64,000 nt of DNA from an uncultured Verrucomicrobiae bacterium (GCA_963837955.1 CAWIPH010000001.1:320001-384000), one strand, 5' to 3'; counted from the stretch's first letter, positions 10,885 through 21,663 are shown. Numbers and translations are program-made. Notes: a model not told the origin generated them from the letters alone.

Positions 10885-12036
10885 ATGAAGGTCTGCGATC
10901 TCACGCAGTTCTATTCGCCCTTCAGCGGCGGCGTGAAACGCTACCTCGAGGAGAAACGACGTTATGCCTTATCGGCTGGGCACGAACACGTCTTGATCGT
11001 GCCGGGCATGCGCACTGAGCGAGTCGAAGAAGAGAAGGCACGAACCTATTTTGTGGAAGCACCTCTGGTTTCCAAGACCTCTCGATACCGCGCACTTCTG
11101 AATCTCCGGGCCGTAGAAAACCTGCTGGAACAAGAGCGGCCGGACATCATCGAATCGAGCGACCCATATCAGCTCGCCTGGAAAGCGATTGCCTCAGGGG
11201 AAAACCTGAGAATTCCGGTCGTTGGATTTTATCATTCTCATTTCCCGGAAGCTTATCTCCGAACTACGTCAAAGTTCTTTGGCAAGACCGCAACCTACAT
11301 TGCGATGGAAACCGCCAGGGTTTACATCCGCTCGCTGTACAACCACTTTCGCTGCACTTTTGTTTCTTCGGCCGGTCTAGCCCAAGTTCTCCGAGAATGG
11401 GGCGTTGAAAATGTCGTGCTCAACGAGCTCGGGGTCGATACCGAAGTTTTTCATCGCGGCACTGACAAGTTCGCGACACGGGTCGAACTGGAGATCCCAA
11501 GCGATCGTTTGCTGCTTCTTTACGTAGGCCGGCTAGCCTCCGAAAAAAACGTCAAAACATTGTTTCAAGCGTTTGAAGATTTGCATCGCCGCAACCCAGG
11601 CCATTTTCATCTCCTGGTCGTCGGCGACGGACCGCAGCGCGACCATTTGCTCGAATTGCAAGCAGCGACCGAGTCGGTCAGTTGGCGACGGTACTGTTCG
11701 GACAAATCGACCTTGGCCGAGATTTATCGGGCTGCCGATCTCTTCGTCCATCCTGGTGTCCAGGAAACTTTTGGCTTGGTCGCCTTAGAAAGCCAGGCCT
11801 GCGGAACTCCGGTCGTCGGTATTCGTGGAAGCTATATGGACAGAATTATTCTGTCCGATCAAACGCATTGGGCCTCCGAGAATTCATCCGAATCCCTGGC
11901 TGCTGCCATTCTCGAGATGAGCGCAATCGACCTTGATGCGATTGGCAGCAAAGCAAGCAGGCAGGTCGCGGCGCGCTATTCCTGGCGAAAGGTATTCGGC
12001 CAGATGTTCGATATTTACAAAGAGCTGCAGGGTTGA
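10885..12036 (+). CDS. Glycosyltransferase family 4 (GT-B)
   Basis: YSPFSGGVKRY, YVGRLASEK, ETFGLVALESQACGTPVV. Confidence 0.92.
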   Translation: MKVCDLTQFYSPFSGGVKRYLEEKRRYALSAGHEHVLIVPGMRTERVEEEKARTYFVEAPLVSKTSRYRALLNLRAVENLLEQERPDIIESSDPYQLAWKAIASGENLRIPVVGFYHSHFPEAYLRTTSKFFGKTATYIAMETARVYIRSLYNHFRCTFVSSAGLAQVLREWGVENVVLNELGVDTEVFHRGTDKFATRVELEIPSDRLLLLYVGRLASEKNVKTLFQAFEDLHRRNPGHFHLLVVGDGPQRDHLLELQAATESVSWRRYCSDKSTLAEIYRAADLFVHPGVQETFGLVALESQACGTPVVGIRGSYMDRIILSDQTHWASENSSESLAAAILEMSAIDLDAIGSKASRQVAARYSWRKVFGQMFDIYKELQG

Positions 12037-12180
12037 TGGGGGAAGCGTTTGGCGTTTGGCGTTTCCGACTTCGCTGATCCTTGGAACGTCCCCGATGTAG
12101 GGAGGAGCTTCGTCGGACAAGTCGGCGTTTGGCGTATCGGTCCCGGCTTGTCCGCCGTAGCCAGGAGGGCGGAGGAAGAA

Positions 12181-12402
12181 GGGATCCAATGAAAGTAGCC
12201 CAGTACGAAGTGCTGGGTAACGTTAAAAAGAACGACCCGTCCCGGACGGGACGATCGACGGGTTGTTTACGTTGGTGAAGCCGCATACGATAGAACCAGG
12301 AGCCAAAACACTTCTATCATCCCTAACGGGACGGACGTCTCTTTTTGCATTATTTCCCAGCACTTCGTACTGGGCTACTTTCGTAGAGTCCCTCCGGGAC
12401 GA
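12181..12402. repeat. REP doublet (GTAGCCCAG..CTGGG / GTCCC..GGGAC family)
   Basis: GAAAGTAGCCCAGTACGAAGTGCTGGG is inverted at CCCAGCACTTCGTACTGGGCTACTTTC; paralog at 21403-21630. Confidence 0.85.
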
Positions 12403-12577
12403 GTCTTCCGTGCGTGCTTCTAAGCCTTATTTTGATGCGCCTGGCCGGCCGCCGGACTGGGAATTATGCAAGAAGAGATGCCCATCCCGCAATCGTGCAG
12501 ACTATGGCGGACCAAACCGGAACGGGTTACTTTTTCTTAACGTCGAAATTGAGCGAAATTCCCATAGGATACTTACG

Positions 12578-13270
12578 TTGAATATCAAACCTTTCGTGGT
12601 CCGCCGCTACACCCCGGTCGATCGTGATGCAGTACGCCGAATCTGCTGTGAAACCGGTTTTCTCGGTCGACCGATCGATCCGGTCTTTGAAGATCGAGAC
12701 CTTTTCGCTGATTTCTTTACAGATTATTATCTGCGGTGTGAACCGGATGCTGCCTTTGTTGTGACGGTCGACGATTCCGTAGCGGGATTTATTCTGGGTT
12801 GCCGCTATCCGTTGCGCCATCAACTCTTCAGCGCGGCCCAAAGCGTTCTTCTCGCTGCCAAAGTTCTCATTCGCTACCACCGATATAAGCCGGAAACGAA
12901 ACGCTATCTTTGGTGGATCCTCCGAAATTCCAGGCGAGAAGTTCCGCCTGCTCCTCGGCGAGTCGGACATTTCCACGTCAATTTTCTGCCTCCGGTAAAA
13001 AGCATCGCGGCCTTTCGAGAAACCTTAGAAACGTTTTTGCAATTCTTGGCGGAGCAGAGGATCGCGCGGATTAGCGCACAGATGGTTACGTTTGATGACC
13101 GGCGCGGATTCGCGCTGCTTGAACGTTACGGGTTCCAGATTCTCAACCGTTTGGAGATTACGAAATTCAAAGAATTCACGAATCAGACCGTTTACCTCTC
13201 GACGATCCTTCGAGAGGTTCCCCAGGGCGAGGAAAAAATCATTCGGCCCATTTGGAAAACCGAGGGGTGA
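12578..13270 (+). CDS. GNAT-family acetyltransferase-like protein
   Basis: VRRYTPVDRDAVRRICCETG, DYYLRCEPDAAFV..VAGFILG, HFHVNFLP. TTG start inferred; the upstream ORF extension is repeat DNA. Confidence 0.75.
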   Translation: MNIKPFVVRRYTPVDRDAVRRICCETGFLGRPIDPVFEDRDLFADFFTDYYLRCEPDAAFVVTVDDSVAGFILGCRYPLRHQLFSAAQSVLLAAKVLIRYHRYKPETKRYLWWILRNSRREVPPAPRRVGHFHVNFLPPVKSIAAFRETLETFLQFLAEQRIARISAQMVTFDDRRGFALLERYGFQILNRLEITKFKEFTNQTVYLSTILREVPQGEEKIIRPIWKTEG

Positions 13271-13294
13271 ACGGTCGCGTCCGTCACGGCCTCG

Positions 13295-13461
13295 GGCAGA
13301 GCCCTAGGGATAAGATCATAGGACGGATTTAGCGCTGAAAGCGCGTGACAATCTGGCGATCACGTACCATTTGAAACGCACCTTCAGCGCGTGACCGTTT
13401 GAAAACTCAATTCCTAGGGCTTCACCCTCTAGAGGCTATCCTGAGTCACGGCTTCGCCGCT
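13295..13461. repeat. REP doublet (GCGCTGAAAGCGC family)
   Basis: CCCTAGG..AGCGCTGAAAGCGCG...CGCACCTTCAGCGC..CCTAGGG; related to 25949-26267. Confidence 0.75.
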
Positions 13462-13524
13462 GAAAACTTTTTGCTCGCGCCGATTCACCTCTCACCAATC
13501 ACCGTTCACAGTTCCCGGCGTTCC

Positions 13525-13590
13525 CGGCGTTCTCCAACTTCGCTCCGTCGTTTAAAACTCCGGAAGGCTTCGTCGCACAAGCCGGCGTTC
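13525..13590 (+). repeat. 66-bp dispersed repeat, copy 2
   Basis: Near-identical to 9623-9688. Confidence 0.9.
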
Positions 13591-14322
13591 TTACCGACTG
13601 TATCGCACAATACACGCCAGAGTCCGTACTCCGTCTTTCCAGCCGATTTTCTTTCCGGCCGAATAAGCGCGCGCTGCGTAAGCGATAGGTATTTCTCGAA
13701 GCCGAACTCGCATTTTGGCTATTTTCGCAGTGACTTCGGGTTCGATGCCGAACCCTTTCTCTTCGATCGAAATTTTTTGCAGAAGGCTGCTATGAAACAT
13801 TTTATAACAGGTTTCCATATCGGTAAGCCGCAACCCGGTAAACCGATTACAAAGCCAGGTTAAAACTCGATTCGCCAAGTATTGGCCGAAGTAAGCCTCA
13901 CGAACATCCTTCGCATTGGCGTACCGGGAACCGTAGACTACATCCACTTCCCCTGATAACAGCGGAGCGAGAAGCTTTTTGTATTCCGCCGGATCATATT
14001 CCAGGTCGGCATCTTGAATAATGACGTACCCGCAACGTATCGCGCTAATGGCGGTTCGCAGCGCGGCGCCCTTGCCACGATTCCCTTCATGAAAAAAGGC
14101 TCGAATCCGCTGATCTTCTTTGGCTAGTTCCCCTAAGAGCTCGCGACTTCCATCGCTCGATCCGTCGTCGACAGCAATGAGTTCACCGACAACCGGCTCG
14201 GCCAGAACAGCCGCAATAATCGACCGAAGGGTGTCGATCTCATTATAGATCGGCATCAATACGGAAAGGCAGGCGCCCGATGCCTCGGGCGCAGAACATT
14301 CGCTCGGTAATTGACTTTGCAT
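13591..14322 (-). CDS. Glycosyltransferase family 2 (DPM1-like)
   Basis: LSVLMPIYNE, VDDGSSDG, GKGAAL, IQDADLEYDP, TDMETCYK. Confidence 0.93.
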   Translation of the reverse strand: MQSQLPSECSAPEASGACLSVLMPIYNEIDTLRSIIAAVLAEPVVGELIAVDDGSSDGSRELLGELAKEDQRIRAFFHEGNRGKGAALRTAISAIRCGYVIIQDADLEYDPAEYKKLLAPLLSGEVDVVYGSRYANAKDVREAYFGQYLANRVLTWLCNRFTGLRLTDMETCYKMFHSSLLQKISIEEKGFGIEPEVTAKIAKMRVRLREIPIAYAARAYSAGKKIGWKDGVRTLACIVRYSR

Positions 14323-14525
14323 AGACAGCGGAAAAGCCGTTTACGGGGTAGTTGGGCACCGCGCAAGGCGAATTCTGAGGGACCGGGAAGCGTATTTAGG
14401 GGGGAGCCTGGGAACGCTCCTAGAGACGGGTGGCATAATCACCTAGAGCAAGCTCAGCAAAGAATTCAAGTAAATCGATAGCGAGAAACGGGAGATTCTG
14501 GTGAAGACCAAGCGGAAAATGCCCC

Positions 14526-14674
14526 GATAGCGACAAAATGACGCTTAATGACCGCCTGTGAAGCCATGTGAGACCAATTGTCGCTATCAAGCGTGCCGTC
14601 TCAACGAGCGTATCGGCTTAACATCTTGATTGCCAACATGTTACGGAATCCGTTCCTTCTGGCATACGCTAAGC
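14526..14674 (+). promoter_or_regulatory. Putative sigma-54 promoter with IHF site and two upstream activator palindromes
   Basis: TGGCATACGCTAAGC (GG-N10-GC) at 14660-14674; exact IHF consensus AATCAAGATGTTA on the minus strand at 14619-14631; GCGAC-N5-GACGC at 14530 and GAGAC-N5-GTCGC at 14570. Confidence 0.65.
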
Positions 14675-14712
14675 TCTCTTAGGTGCCGTAAATGCTGATT
14701 CTCCAAAGAAAA

Positions 14713-15186
14713 ATGAAGCCTATGAACATCAATCGCTATCAACGTTATTCCCCTTCCGATCTGTCACGAGCTTTCGATCGTCTCGCCACGTTGCGCGAGG
14801 AGATGGATGGCTTGTTTGATAATTCCTTCCGTTCCTTTTTCCGCACGCCGGGTTCATTCAGCTCCTGGTCGCCGGCCATCGACGTTTATCAGGACAAGGA
14901 CCAATTCACGGTCGTCGCTGAAGTGCCAGGCATGAAGAAAGAGGAGTTAGTCCTCTCGTTGCACGACGGAGTGCTAACCATCTCCGGTGAACGCAAACGC
15001 GAGGAAAACCCGGAACAAGGGTTTCGGTCGGAACGATTTTACGGCCGGTTTCAACGCAGCGTCACGCTTCCTGCCAGCGTCGATCCTAATAAGGTAAAAG
15101 CGAGTTATCAGGACGGCCTGCTGAAAGTTGTGCTGCCGAAATCGGAAGAAGCGAAGCCGAAACAAATCGAAGTCGCGGTAAGCTAA
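14713..15186 (+). CDS. Hsp20/alpha-crystallin small heat-shock protein
   Basis: WSPAIDVYQ, AEVPGM, SERFYGRFQRSVTLP, ASYQDGLL, IEV tail. Confidence 0.95.
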   Translation: MKPMNINRYQRYSPSDLSRAFDRLATLREEMDGLFDNSFRSFFRTPGSFSSWSPAIDVYQDKDQFTVVAEVPGMKKEELVLSLHDGVLTISGERKREENPEQGFRSERFYGRFQRSVTLPASVDPNKVKASYQDGLLKVVLPKSEEAKPKQIEVAVS

Positions 15187-15245
15187 CAAATCGCCAAAAC
15201 CACAAGCCTGGGCCTGTCGAGGTCCAGGCCACGAAAGAGAAAACT

Positions 15246-15626
15246 ATGAATATCTTCCCACAGCAAGAACAGCAACTAAGCACCGAAAACCGTCCGGAGT
15301 CCCCACAGTTCGCGACTCCGATCGTCGATATTGAATCCACCCCCGAAGGATATGTGCTTCACGCTGAGATGCCGGGTGTGAATAAGGACGGCATCGAAGT
15401 GACCGTGGAAAATGGTGACCTGATTCTGATCGGGCGTCGTCAGCCGCTCGAAGTATCTGGCCAACTGGTGCATCGCGAATCTCGTCCAAACGATTTCCGG
15501 CGCGTCTATGAGCTGGATCCATCGATCGATACGGCGCGGATCACTGCTCGGATCGAAGCTGGAGTGCTGACCGTCAATCTGCCCAAAGCAGAACGCGTTA
15601 AGCCTCGGCGAATCGAGCTCGAGTAA
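15246..15626 (+). CDS. Hsp20/alpha-crystallin small heat-shock protein
   Basis: PIVDIES, AEMPGV, FRRVYEL, AGVLTVNLPK, RRIEL. Confidence 0.93.
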   Translation: MNIFPQQEQQLSTENRPESPQFATPIVDIESTPEGYVLHAEMPGVNKDGIEVTVENGDLILIGRRQPLEVSGQLVHRESRPNDFRRVYELDPSIDTARITARIEAGVLTVNLPKAERVKPRRIELE

Positions 15627-15648
15627 TCGCTGGTTCGCTCACATTGTC

Positions 15649-15678
15649 CCGCCCCGCATTCGCGGGGCGGTTTTTTTT
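15649..15678 (+). terminator. Rho-independent terminator
   Basis: CCGCCCCGC-ATTC-GCGGGGCGG followed by T8. Confidence 0.88.
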
Positions 15679-15884
15679 GGTAGGGACACGCTCCCGCGTG
15701 TCCGCTCCGGTTTTGGAGCCGCTCCTCCCGACGACATAGCAAACCTCATCCGTCGGAGGGCGCGGCGCTTGCGCCGCCCGGGAACAACCCGTGGCTGACC
15801 GAGGGCTCGAGGCCATGGATTCTCTAACTGCGCGCTACCGTCCCCATCTTGCTGACGCTTCTCGGGCGTGCGATGGAGCAGACC

Positions 15885-16859
15885 ATGAAAGCGATCCGAT
15901 TTCATTCCTACGGCGGGCCCGAAGTGCTGAAGCTGGAGGAGATTCCGATTCCGGAACCTGGAACGGGCCAGGCTTTGGTACGGGTGGTTGCGGCCGGAGT
16001 CAATTTTATCGATGTCAATCAGCGCAACGGATCGTACAAGGTCCCGTTGCCGTACACCTGCGGAGTGGAGGGCGCCGGGATCGTGGAAAAGACGGGACCA
16101 GAAGTCGATATCCAACCTGGTACCAGGGTCGCTTGGGTCTCGCATCCAGGCGCGTGCGCGGAATTCGCGGTCGTGCCAGCCGCTCGTTTGGTGCCGATCC
16201 CCGACAAGTTGGACTTCGCTTCGGCGGCGGCGGCACTTCTTCAGGGCATGACTGCACAGTATCTCTGCGAAACCACCTATCCGATCAAGCCAGGCGATCA
16301 CGCATTGGTTCATGCTGGCGCGGGCGGCGTGGGACTCCTGTTGATTCAAATGCTGAAACACAAAGGGGCAACGGTGTTCACGACCGTTTCAACACCAGAA
16401 AAGGCCGCGCTGGCCAAGGAAGCAGGCGCCGACGAGGCGATCCGTTACACGGAGGAGGATTTTGTCGGCCGAATAAAAGATCTGACCAAGGGTCGAGGAG
16501 TGAATGTTGTTTATGACTCGGTCGGCTTGGAAACGTACCTGGGCGATTTTGATGTGCTCAAGCGATTAGGCATGTTGGTCCTATTTGGGCAATCAAGCGG
16601 ACGCGTGCCGCCGATCGATCCTTCGCTCCTAGCGGAAAAAGGTTCACTCTTTCTGACCCGCCCGAGCCTGGCACATCACGTGGCGGATCGTCAGAGCCTG
16701 ATGGAGAGATCAGGGAAGGTGTTCGGTTGGATTCAAGAAGGTTGGTTGCACTTGCGCATCGGGCATCGCTATCCGCTAACCAAAACGGCCCAAGCCTATC
16801 GTGACCTTGAGAGTCGCAAGACCACCGGCAAAATCATCATCACAGTGGCGCCTGATTGA
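15885..16859 (+). CDS. qor: NADPH:quinone oxidoreductase (zeta-crystallin/MDR family)
   Basis: MKAIRFHSYGGPEVL, GVNFID, HAGAGGVG, VYDSVG, TTGKII. Confidence 0.93.
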   Translation: MKAIRFHSYGGPEVLKLEEIPIPEPGTGQALVRVVAAGVNFIDVNQRNGSYKVPLPYTCGVEGAGIVEKTGPEVDIQPGTRVAWVSHPGACAEFAVVPAARLVPIPDKLDFASAAAALLQGMTAQYLCETTYPIKPGDHALVHAGAGGVGLLLIQMLKHKGATVFTTVSTPEKAALAKEAGADEAIRYTEEDFVGRIKDLTKGRGVNVVYDSVGLETYLGDFDVLKRLGMLVLFGQSSGRVPPIDPSLLAEKGSLFLTRPSLAHHVADRQSLMERSGKVFGWIQEGWLHLRIGHRYPLTKTAQAYRDLESRKTTGKIIITVAPD

Positions 16860-16960
16860 TGATATTCGCCCGGCGGTGAGCATTAAAATTCAAGGTGGCA
16901 CCGCACCTGTGAACGAGGATTTGTTTGTCTTCTCTTATCCGCCCGATAACCTAAACAATC

Positions 16961-18004
16961 ATGCCAGCGAAGAATACCGAGGTAGAACCGATTGACCCAG
17001 CCCATGCGGCGCGCAAAAAGAATCTGGATCTGGCACTCCAGCAGATCGCGAAGGACTACGGCGAAGGCGCAATCATGCGGTTAGGTAGCGACAAGATCGT
17101 TGCGGTAGAGGTGATTCCAACTGGCAACATCCTCATTGATCGGGCGCTCGGAGTAGGCGGATTTCCGAGGGGGCGCGTCGTCGAGGTTTTTGGGCCGGAA
17201 TCTTCCGGTAAAACCACGTTGACGCTCACCATCATTGCCCAGGCGCAGAGACGCGGGGGATTGGCCGGATTTATTGACGTCGAGCACGCACTCGACCCTC
17301 AATATGCCCGGCGACTGGGCGTTAATCTCGATGATCTCCTGGTCTCGCAGCCGAGTTCCGGGGAAGAAGCTCTACGAATCTGTGAAACTTTGATCCGCTC
17401 CAACGCCTTAGACGTTATTGTGGTGGATTCGGTTGCGGCCTTGGTCACCAAGGCGGAGCTGGAGGGCGAGATAGGGGATGCAACCGTGGGCGCGCAGGCG
17501 CGACTGATGAGTGCGGCGCTACGCAAGCTGACCGCGTTAATATCGAAGGCGCGTACGACCTGCATTTTTACCAACCAAATCCGAGAGAAGATCGGCGTGA
17601 TGTTCGGTAACCCGGAAACGACGCCCGGCGGGAAAGCGCTGAAGTTCTATGCGAGCGTTCGAGTCGATATCAGACGAATCAGCGCAATCAAACTGACTGA
17701 CGGCACCGTGGTGGGCAATCGGACCAAGGTGAAGATCGTGAAAAACAAAGTCGCGCCCCCATTTACGGAGGCCGAGTTTGATATTATGTACAACGAGGGC
17801 ATTTCGAATGTCGGAGCGCTTCTCGATTTGGCGCTGGAGAAGAATATTCTCGAAAAGCGCGGTTCGTGGATTTCCTATAAGGGTCAGCAGCTCGCCCAAG
17901 GGCGAGATGCAGCGAAAGAGGCGCTCAAGGCAGATGGCAAGCTTTACGCCGAGCTTGAAGAAACCGTCAAAGCGGTGCTCGACGAAGAGGCAAAAAAGCG
18001 GTGA
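16961..18004 (+). CDS. recA: Recombinase RecA
   Basis: [39 protein letters not shown]. Confidence 0.99.
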   Translation: MPAKNTEVEPIDPAHAARKKNLDLALQQIAKDYGEGAIMRLGSDKIVAVEVIPTGNILIDRALGVGGFPRGRVVEVFGPESSGKTTLTLTIIAQAQRRGGLAGFIDVEHALDPQYARRLGVNLDDLLVSQPSSGEEALRICETLIRSNALDVIVVDSVAALVTKAELEGEIGDATVGAQARLMSAALRKLTALISKARTTCIFTNQIREKIGVMFGNPETTPGGKALKFYASVRVDIRRISAIKLTDGTVVGNRTKVKIVKNKVAPPFTEAEFDIMYNEGISNVGALLDLALEKNILEKRGSWISYKGQQLAQGRDAAKEALKADGKLYAELEETVKAVLDEEAKKR

Positions 18005-18125
18005 GTCGCCAATTACAGAGCCCGACAAAACCGTAGGCGCGATCGTTCCCGAACGAAATAGCTGATAGCCGAAATTTGCTATCTGCTATTTGCTATTGTT
18101 CATCACAGTCTGCGTCTGTTCGAAC

Positions 18126-20765
18126 ATGAAAGCATCTGAGATACGGCAAACTTTCCTGGATTTCTTTAAGGAGAAGGAGCACACCATTGTGCCTTCCTCC
18201 AGTTTGCTTCCGGCTTCGCCGAATCTTCTGTTCACCAATGCCGGCATGAATCAGTTCGTGCCCTATTTCCTAGGTCAAGAGCAAGTACCGTATCGGCCAC
18301 CTCGCGTCACCGATACTCAGAAGTGCATTCGGGCAGGCGGCAAACATAACGATCTGGATGACGTTGGGTTTGATACCTATCACCATACGTTTTTCGAGAT
18401 GCTCGGTAATTGGAGCTTTGGCGATTATTTTAAGAAGGAAGTCATCGCCTGGGCATGGGAGCTACTGGTTGACCGCTGGAAATTTCCAGCTTCCCGGCTT
18501 TACGCCACGGTTTATCGGCCAGGCCCAAATGATCCAGCCGAGTTCGACCAGGAGGCTTACGATTACTGGGCGGCTTTGTTCACTCGAGCCGGGCTCGATC
18601 CCAAGGTTCACGTCCTTACCGGTGATCGGAAGGACAATTTTTGGATGATGGGCGAGACGGGTCCGTGCGGCCCGTGTTCGGAAATTCACGTCGATTTGAC
18701 TGCAGAAGGCGATAGCGCCGGGAAGCTGGTTAATCAGGGAAGCCCGTTCTGCATGGAGATCTGGAATCTCGTTTTCATACAATTCAATGCCAATGCGGAT
18801 GGTACTTTTTCCCCATTACCTGCTCGGCATGTCGACACCGGGATGGGCTTTGAGCGCGTAGCAGGCATCATCGAATGCACCCAGGATTTCAAGGATTTCA
18901 CGAGACCGATCTCCAATTACAACAGTGGAGTCTTTTCGCCGATCTTTGAAAAACTCTCGGCGCTGAGTGGAAAGACTTATCGGGGGACATTACCGGAATC
19001 GCGGACCAACCTCTCCGAGCAAGAGAAAATCGACGTCGCTTTTCGAGTCGTGTCCGACCATATCCGCACGCTCTGTTTCGCGATTGCCGACGGCATTATT
19101 CCGAGCAACACAGATCGAAACTATGTCATTCGGCGAATTTTGCGTCGAGCAGTGCTGTTTGGGCGCGATCTCGGGTTCGGCTCGAGCGGATTTCTCAGCA
19201 AACTCGTCTCACCAGTGGTGACGAATTTTGGCGACGTGTTTCCGGAGTTATCGATCCAAGGAGAAAAAATTCGCGAAATTATCGAGGGCGAAGAAGCCTT
19301 GTTCAACCGGACCCTCGATCGCGGGTTGAAAATTTTCGAAGAACAACTGGAGCGGCAGAAGGGAAAGACTTTTTCGGCAGAGACCGCCTTCATGCTATAC
19401 GACACCTATGGATTCCCGATCGATCTAACCGAAGTATTGGTCCGGGAACATGGGCTGGAGCTGGACCTGGCCGCCGTCGAGCGTCACTTGGAACAACAGC
19501 GCGAACGTTCCCGGGCAGCGCAGGAGAAAGAGATCATCGAGACGGTTTCAGAGACTGAACCGACGGAGTTCGTCGGCTTTACCCAGCACGAAACAAAGTC
19601 TACCGCAACGCGATTAGTCACTCAGCCGAGTCAGGTCTTGGTGGCTGTCGATCGCTCGCCATTTTACGCAGAAATGGGCGGCCAGGTGGGCGATACCGGC
19701 GAACTGTTGACTAAAGAGGGTGCACGCTGGCCAGTGCGTAACGTGGTCAGACAGGGTCGCACGTTTTACGTTGGTCTTCCGGCCGAAGCCAATCTTCCGG
19801 TACCTAGCGAGGTCACTTTGAAACTCGACGTGGCTCGGCGTCGACTGATCGAAGCGAATCACACTGCCACCCACCTGCTACATTGGGCGCTTCACGAGGT
19901 GATCAGCAAATCGATCGCCCAAAAGGGTTCCTACGTCGGTCCGAACCACCTTCGCTTCGACTTCAATAGCAATCCTCTCAACGCCAACCAGATCCGGGAA
20001 GTTGAGCGACTGGTGAATTCCCGCATCATCGAAAACGAAGCTGTGAGCTGGGTCGAAGTGCCATTCGAAGAGGTAAGGGGAAGAGACGATATCATGCAGT
20101 TTTTCGGCGAGAAATACGGGAACGCGGTGCGGGTGGTTCAAATTGGCGGACATGCCGGCAAACTAGATGGGTATTCCATGGAACTGTGCGGAGGCACTCA
20201 TGTGAGCAGCACGGGACAGCTTGGGCTGTTCACCATCGGCGGCGAAGGCGCGATCGCCGCGGGTGTTCGACGCATTGAAGCGCTGACCGGGTTATCCGCT
20301 CTCGACCACCTTCGAACCGAGCTCCGGAAACAGACCGACAAACTAGACTCGGCGAATCAACAACTTGTTGATCTGAAGAAGACCATAGAAAAAGAGCGCA
20401 CTCAGGCATTTCAAAGGGAAGCTGAACAATACGCTAGCAAACTGGATCTGCGCTCGGGGCAGATCGTTCAGTCAATCGATAACGTAAATGGAGAATTTCT
20501 CCAGGCTTTAGCCGCCGCTCTCAAGAGCAAACGCTTTGAGGGCGTTGCGGTATTGTTTGGCAAACAGCTCGATCAAATCCATGTGCTGGCGTACGTGGGC
20601 GCCGCACGGGCGAAAACTCTTGCAGCGGGAAAACTCGTACAGGAACTGACCGCCCTCCTGGGTGGCAAGGGAGGCGGCCGACCCGATCTCGCGCGCGGCG
20701 TTGGGAAGGATATCACCAAGCTCGCGGAGGCTGTCGAACGAGCCAAGCAGTTGGTTGCGGGCTAG
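18126..20765 (+). CDS. alaS: Alanine--tRNA ligase
   Basis: FTNAGMNQF, HHTFFEMLGNWSFGDYFK, NHTATHLLH, ELCGGTHV, GGKGGGRP. Confidence 0.99.
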   Translation: MKASEIRQTFLDFFKEKEHTIVPSSSLLPASPNLLFTNAGMNQFVPYFLGQEQVPYRPPRVTDTQKCIRAGGKHNDLDDVGFDTYHHTFFEMLGNWSFGDYFKKEVIAWAWELLVDRWKFPASRLYATVYRPGPNDPAEFDQEAYDYWAALFTRAGLDPKVHVLTGDRKDNFWMMGETGPCGPCSEIHVDLTAEGDSAGKLVNQGSPFCMEIWNLVFIQFNANADGTFSPLPARHVDTGMGFERVAGIIECTQDFKDFTRPISNYNSGVFSPIFEKLSALSGKTYRGTLPESRTNLSEQEKIDVAFRVVSDHIRTLCFAIADGIIPSNTDRNYVIRRILRRAVLFGRDLGFGSSGFLSKLVSPVVTNFGDVFPELSIQGEKIREIIEGEEALFNRTLDRGLKIFEEQLERQKGKTFSAETAFMLYDTYGFPIDLTEVLVREHGLELDLAAVERHLEQQRERSRAAQEKEIIETVSETEPTEFVGFTQHETKSTATRLVTQPSQVLVAVDRSPFYAEMGGQVGDTGELLTKEGARWPVRNVVRQGRTFYVGLPAEANLPVPSEVTLKLDVARRRLIEANHTATHLLHWALHEVISKSIAQKGSYVGPNHLRFDFNSNPLNANQIREVERLVNSRIIENEAVSWVEVPFEEVRGRDDIMQFFGEKYGNAVRVVQIGGHAGKLDGYSMELCGGTHVSSTGQLGLFTIGGEGAIAAGVRRIEALTGLSALDHLRTELRKQTDKLDSANQQLVDLKKTIEKERTQAFQREAEQYASKLDLRSGQIVQSIDNVNGEFLQALAAALKSKRFEGVAVLFGKQLDQIHVLAYVGAARAKTLAAGKLVQELTALLGGKGGGRPDLARGVGKDITKLAEAVERAKQLVAG

Positions 20766-20766
20766 A

Positions 20767-20883
20767 AGTTACGAGTTGCACGTTACAGGTTACAAGTTGC
20801 AGGTCGTGATCGGGCGACGCTGCGAAACGAATATTCGATTCCTCACTTGCAACTTCCAACTCGCAACCTGTAACCTGCAACTT
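20767..20883. repeat. Inverted heptamer tandem array
   Basis: AGTTACG AGTTGCA..GGTTACA AGTTGCA, mirrored by TGCAACT TCCAACT CGCAACC TGTAACC TGCAACT. Confidence 0.8.
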
Positions 20884-20896
20884 AAGACCTCCAAGG

Positions 20897-21301
20897 ATGA
20901 AGCAAGACTTAGATCAGTTTATTGTTGATGGCGCTCGCCGCATCACCCCTCAATATGTAAACAAGCTGGTCCGCCAATTGCCGGAGATCCGGCTGGTCGC
21001 GACGCAAATTGTCGAATTCCCTCACCTGACTGACCAGGTCGAATTTTTGGTTGAACTGATCGAAGATTTTCATTCGGGGCTCAATCAGAACGTCCCGTAT
21101 ACCGCGATCGCGGAAGCGGCGTTTGCTCTATCCTACCTGCGCAAGGGCGTAGACATCATTCCGGATGGGATCCCAGGCAGCGGCTATGCGGACGACGCCG
21201 CGATCATCACTACGGTGTTTGAGACGTATAAGGAAGCGTTTCTGAAACACTTGGTTCAGCGCGATCGGCACCAGGCGAAACGGTTGGCTTCGGGAGAATG
21301 A
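20897..21301 (+). CDS. YkvA/DUF1232 family protein
   Basis: ALSYLRKGVDIIPDGIPGSGYADDA motif. Confidence 0.85.
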   Translation: MKQDLDQFIVDGARRITPQYVNKLVRQLPEIRLVATQIVEFPHLTDQVEFLVELIEDFHSGLNQNVPYTAIAEAAFALSYLRKGVDIIPDGIPGSGYADDAAIITTVFETYKEAFLKHLVQRDRHQAKRLASGE

Positions 21302-21320
21302 GCTCGATCGCCGGAAGTTC

Positions 21321-21344
21321 GTAGCCTGATCCTCCAGGCTCAGG
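21321..21344. repeat. 24-bp GTAG REP (GTAGCCTGATCCTCCAGGCTCAGG)
   Basis: Identical copies at 23595-23618 and, inverted, at 23917-23940. Confidence 0.85.
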
Positions 21345-21402
21345 GAATCGAGAGAGCACGGTGCGCAGCAGTGGGACTCGGAATAGATGCATCGAGGGTC
21401 CC

Positions 21403-21630
21403 GTCCCGAATGGGACGTCGCGATAGTAGCCCAGCAATTTATTGCTGGGATTAGCGTTAAGACGCGTCCGTCCCGCCAGGGACGATCGATTCCTCTGCGC
21501 TCGTGAAGTCGCGTGGAAACCATTTCCTCAACGTTTCGATCGTCCCTTTAACGGGACGGCACCCCCTTTATATTATCTATCCCAGCACTGAAGTGCTGGG
21601 CTACTTTCGCAGTGTCCCTCCCGGGACAGA
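21403..21630. repeat. REP doublet, paralog of 12181-12402
   Basis: GTAGCCCAGCA..GCTGGG / CCCAGCACT..GCTGGGCTAC arms with GTCCC..GGGAC hairpins. Confidence 0.85.
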
Positions 21631-21663
21631 TCCCTTGATGCGTGGGCAAAGCACTTGGCTTCT

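Noticed and set aside
12263..12577. N-terminal extension of the GNAT ORF
   Set aside because: Runs through a REP doublet arm.
15639..16516. Long alternative-frame and antisense ORFs over qor (similar ones over sucC and the RND genes)
   Set aside because: Shadow ORFs of GC-rich coding sequence with no motifs.
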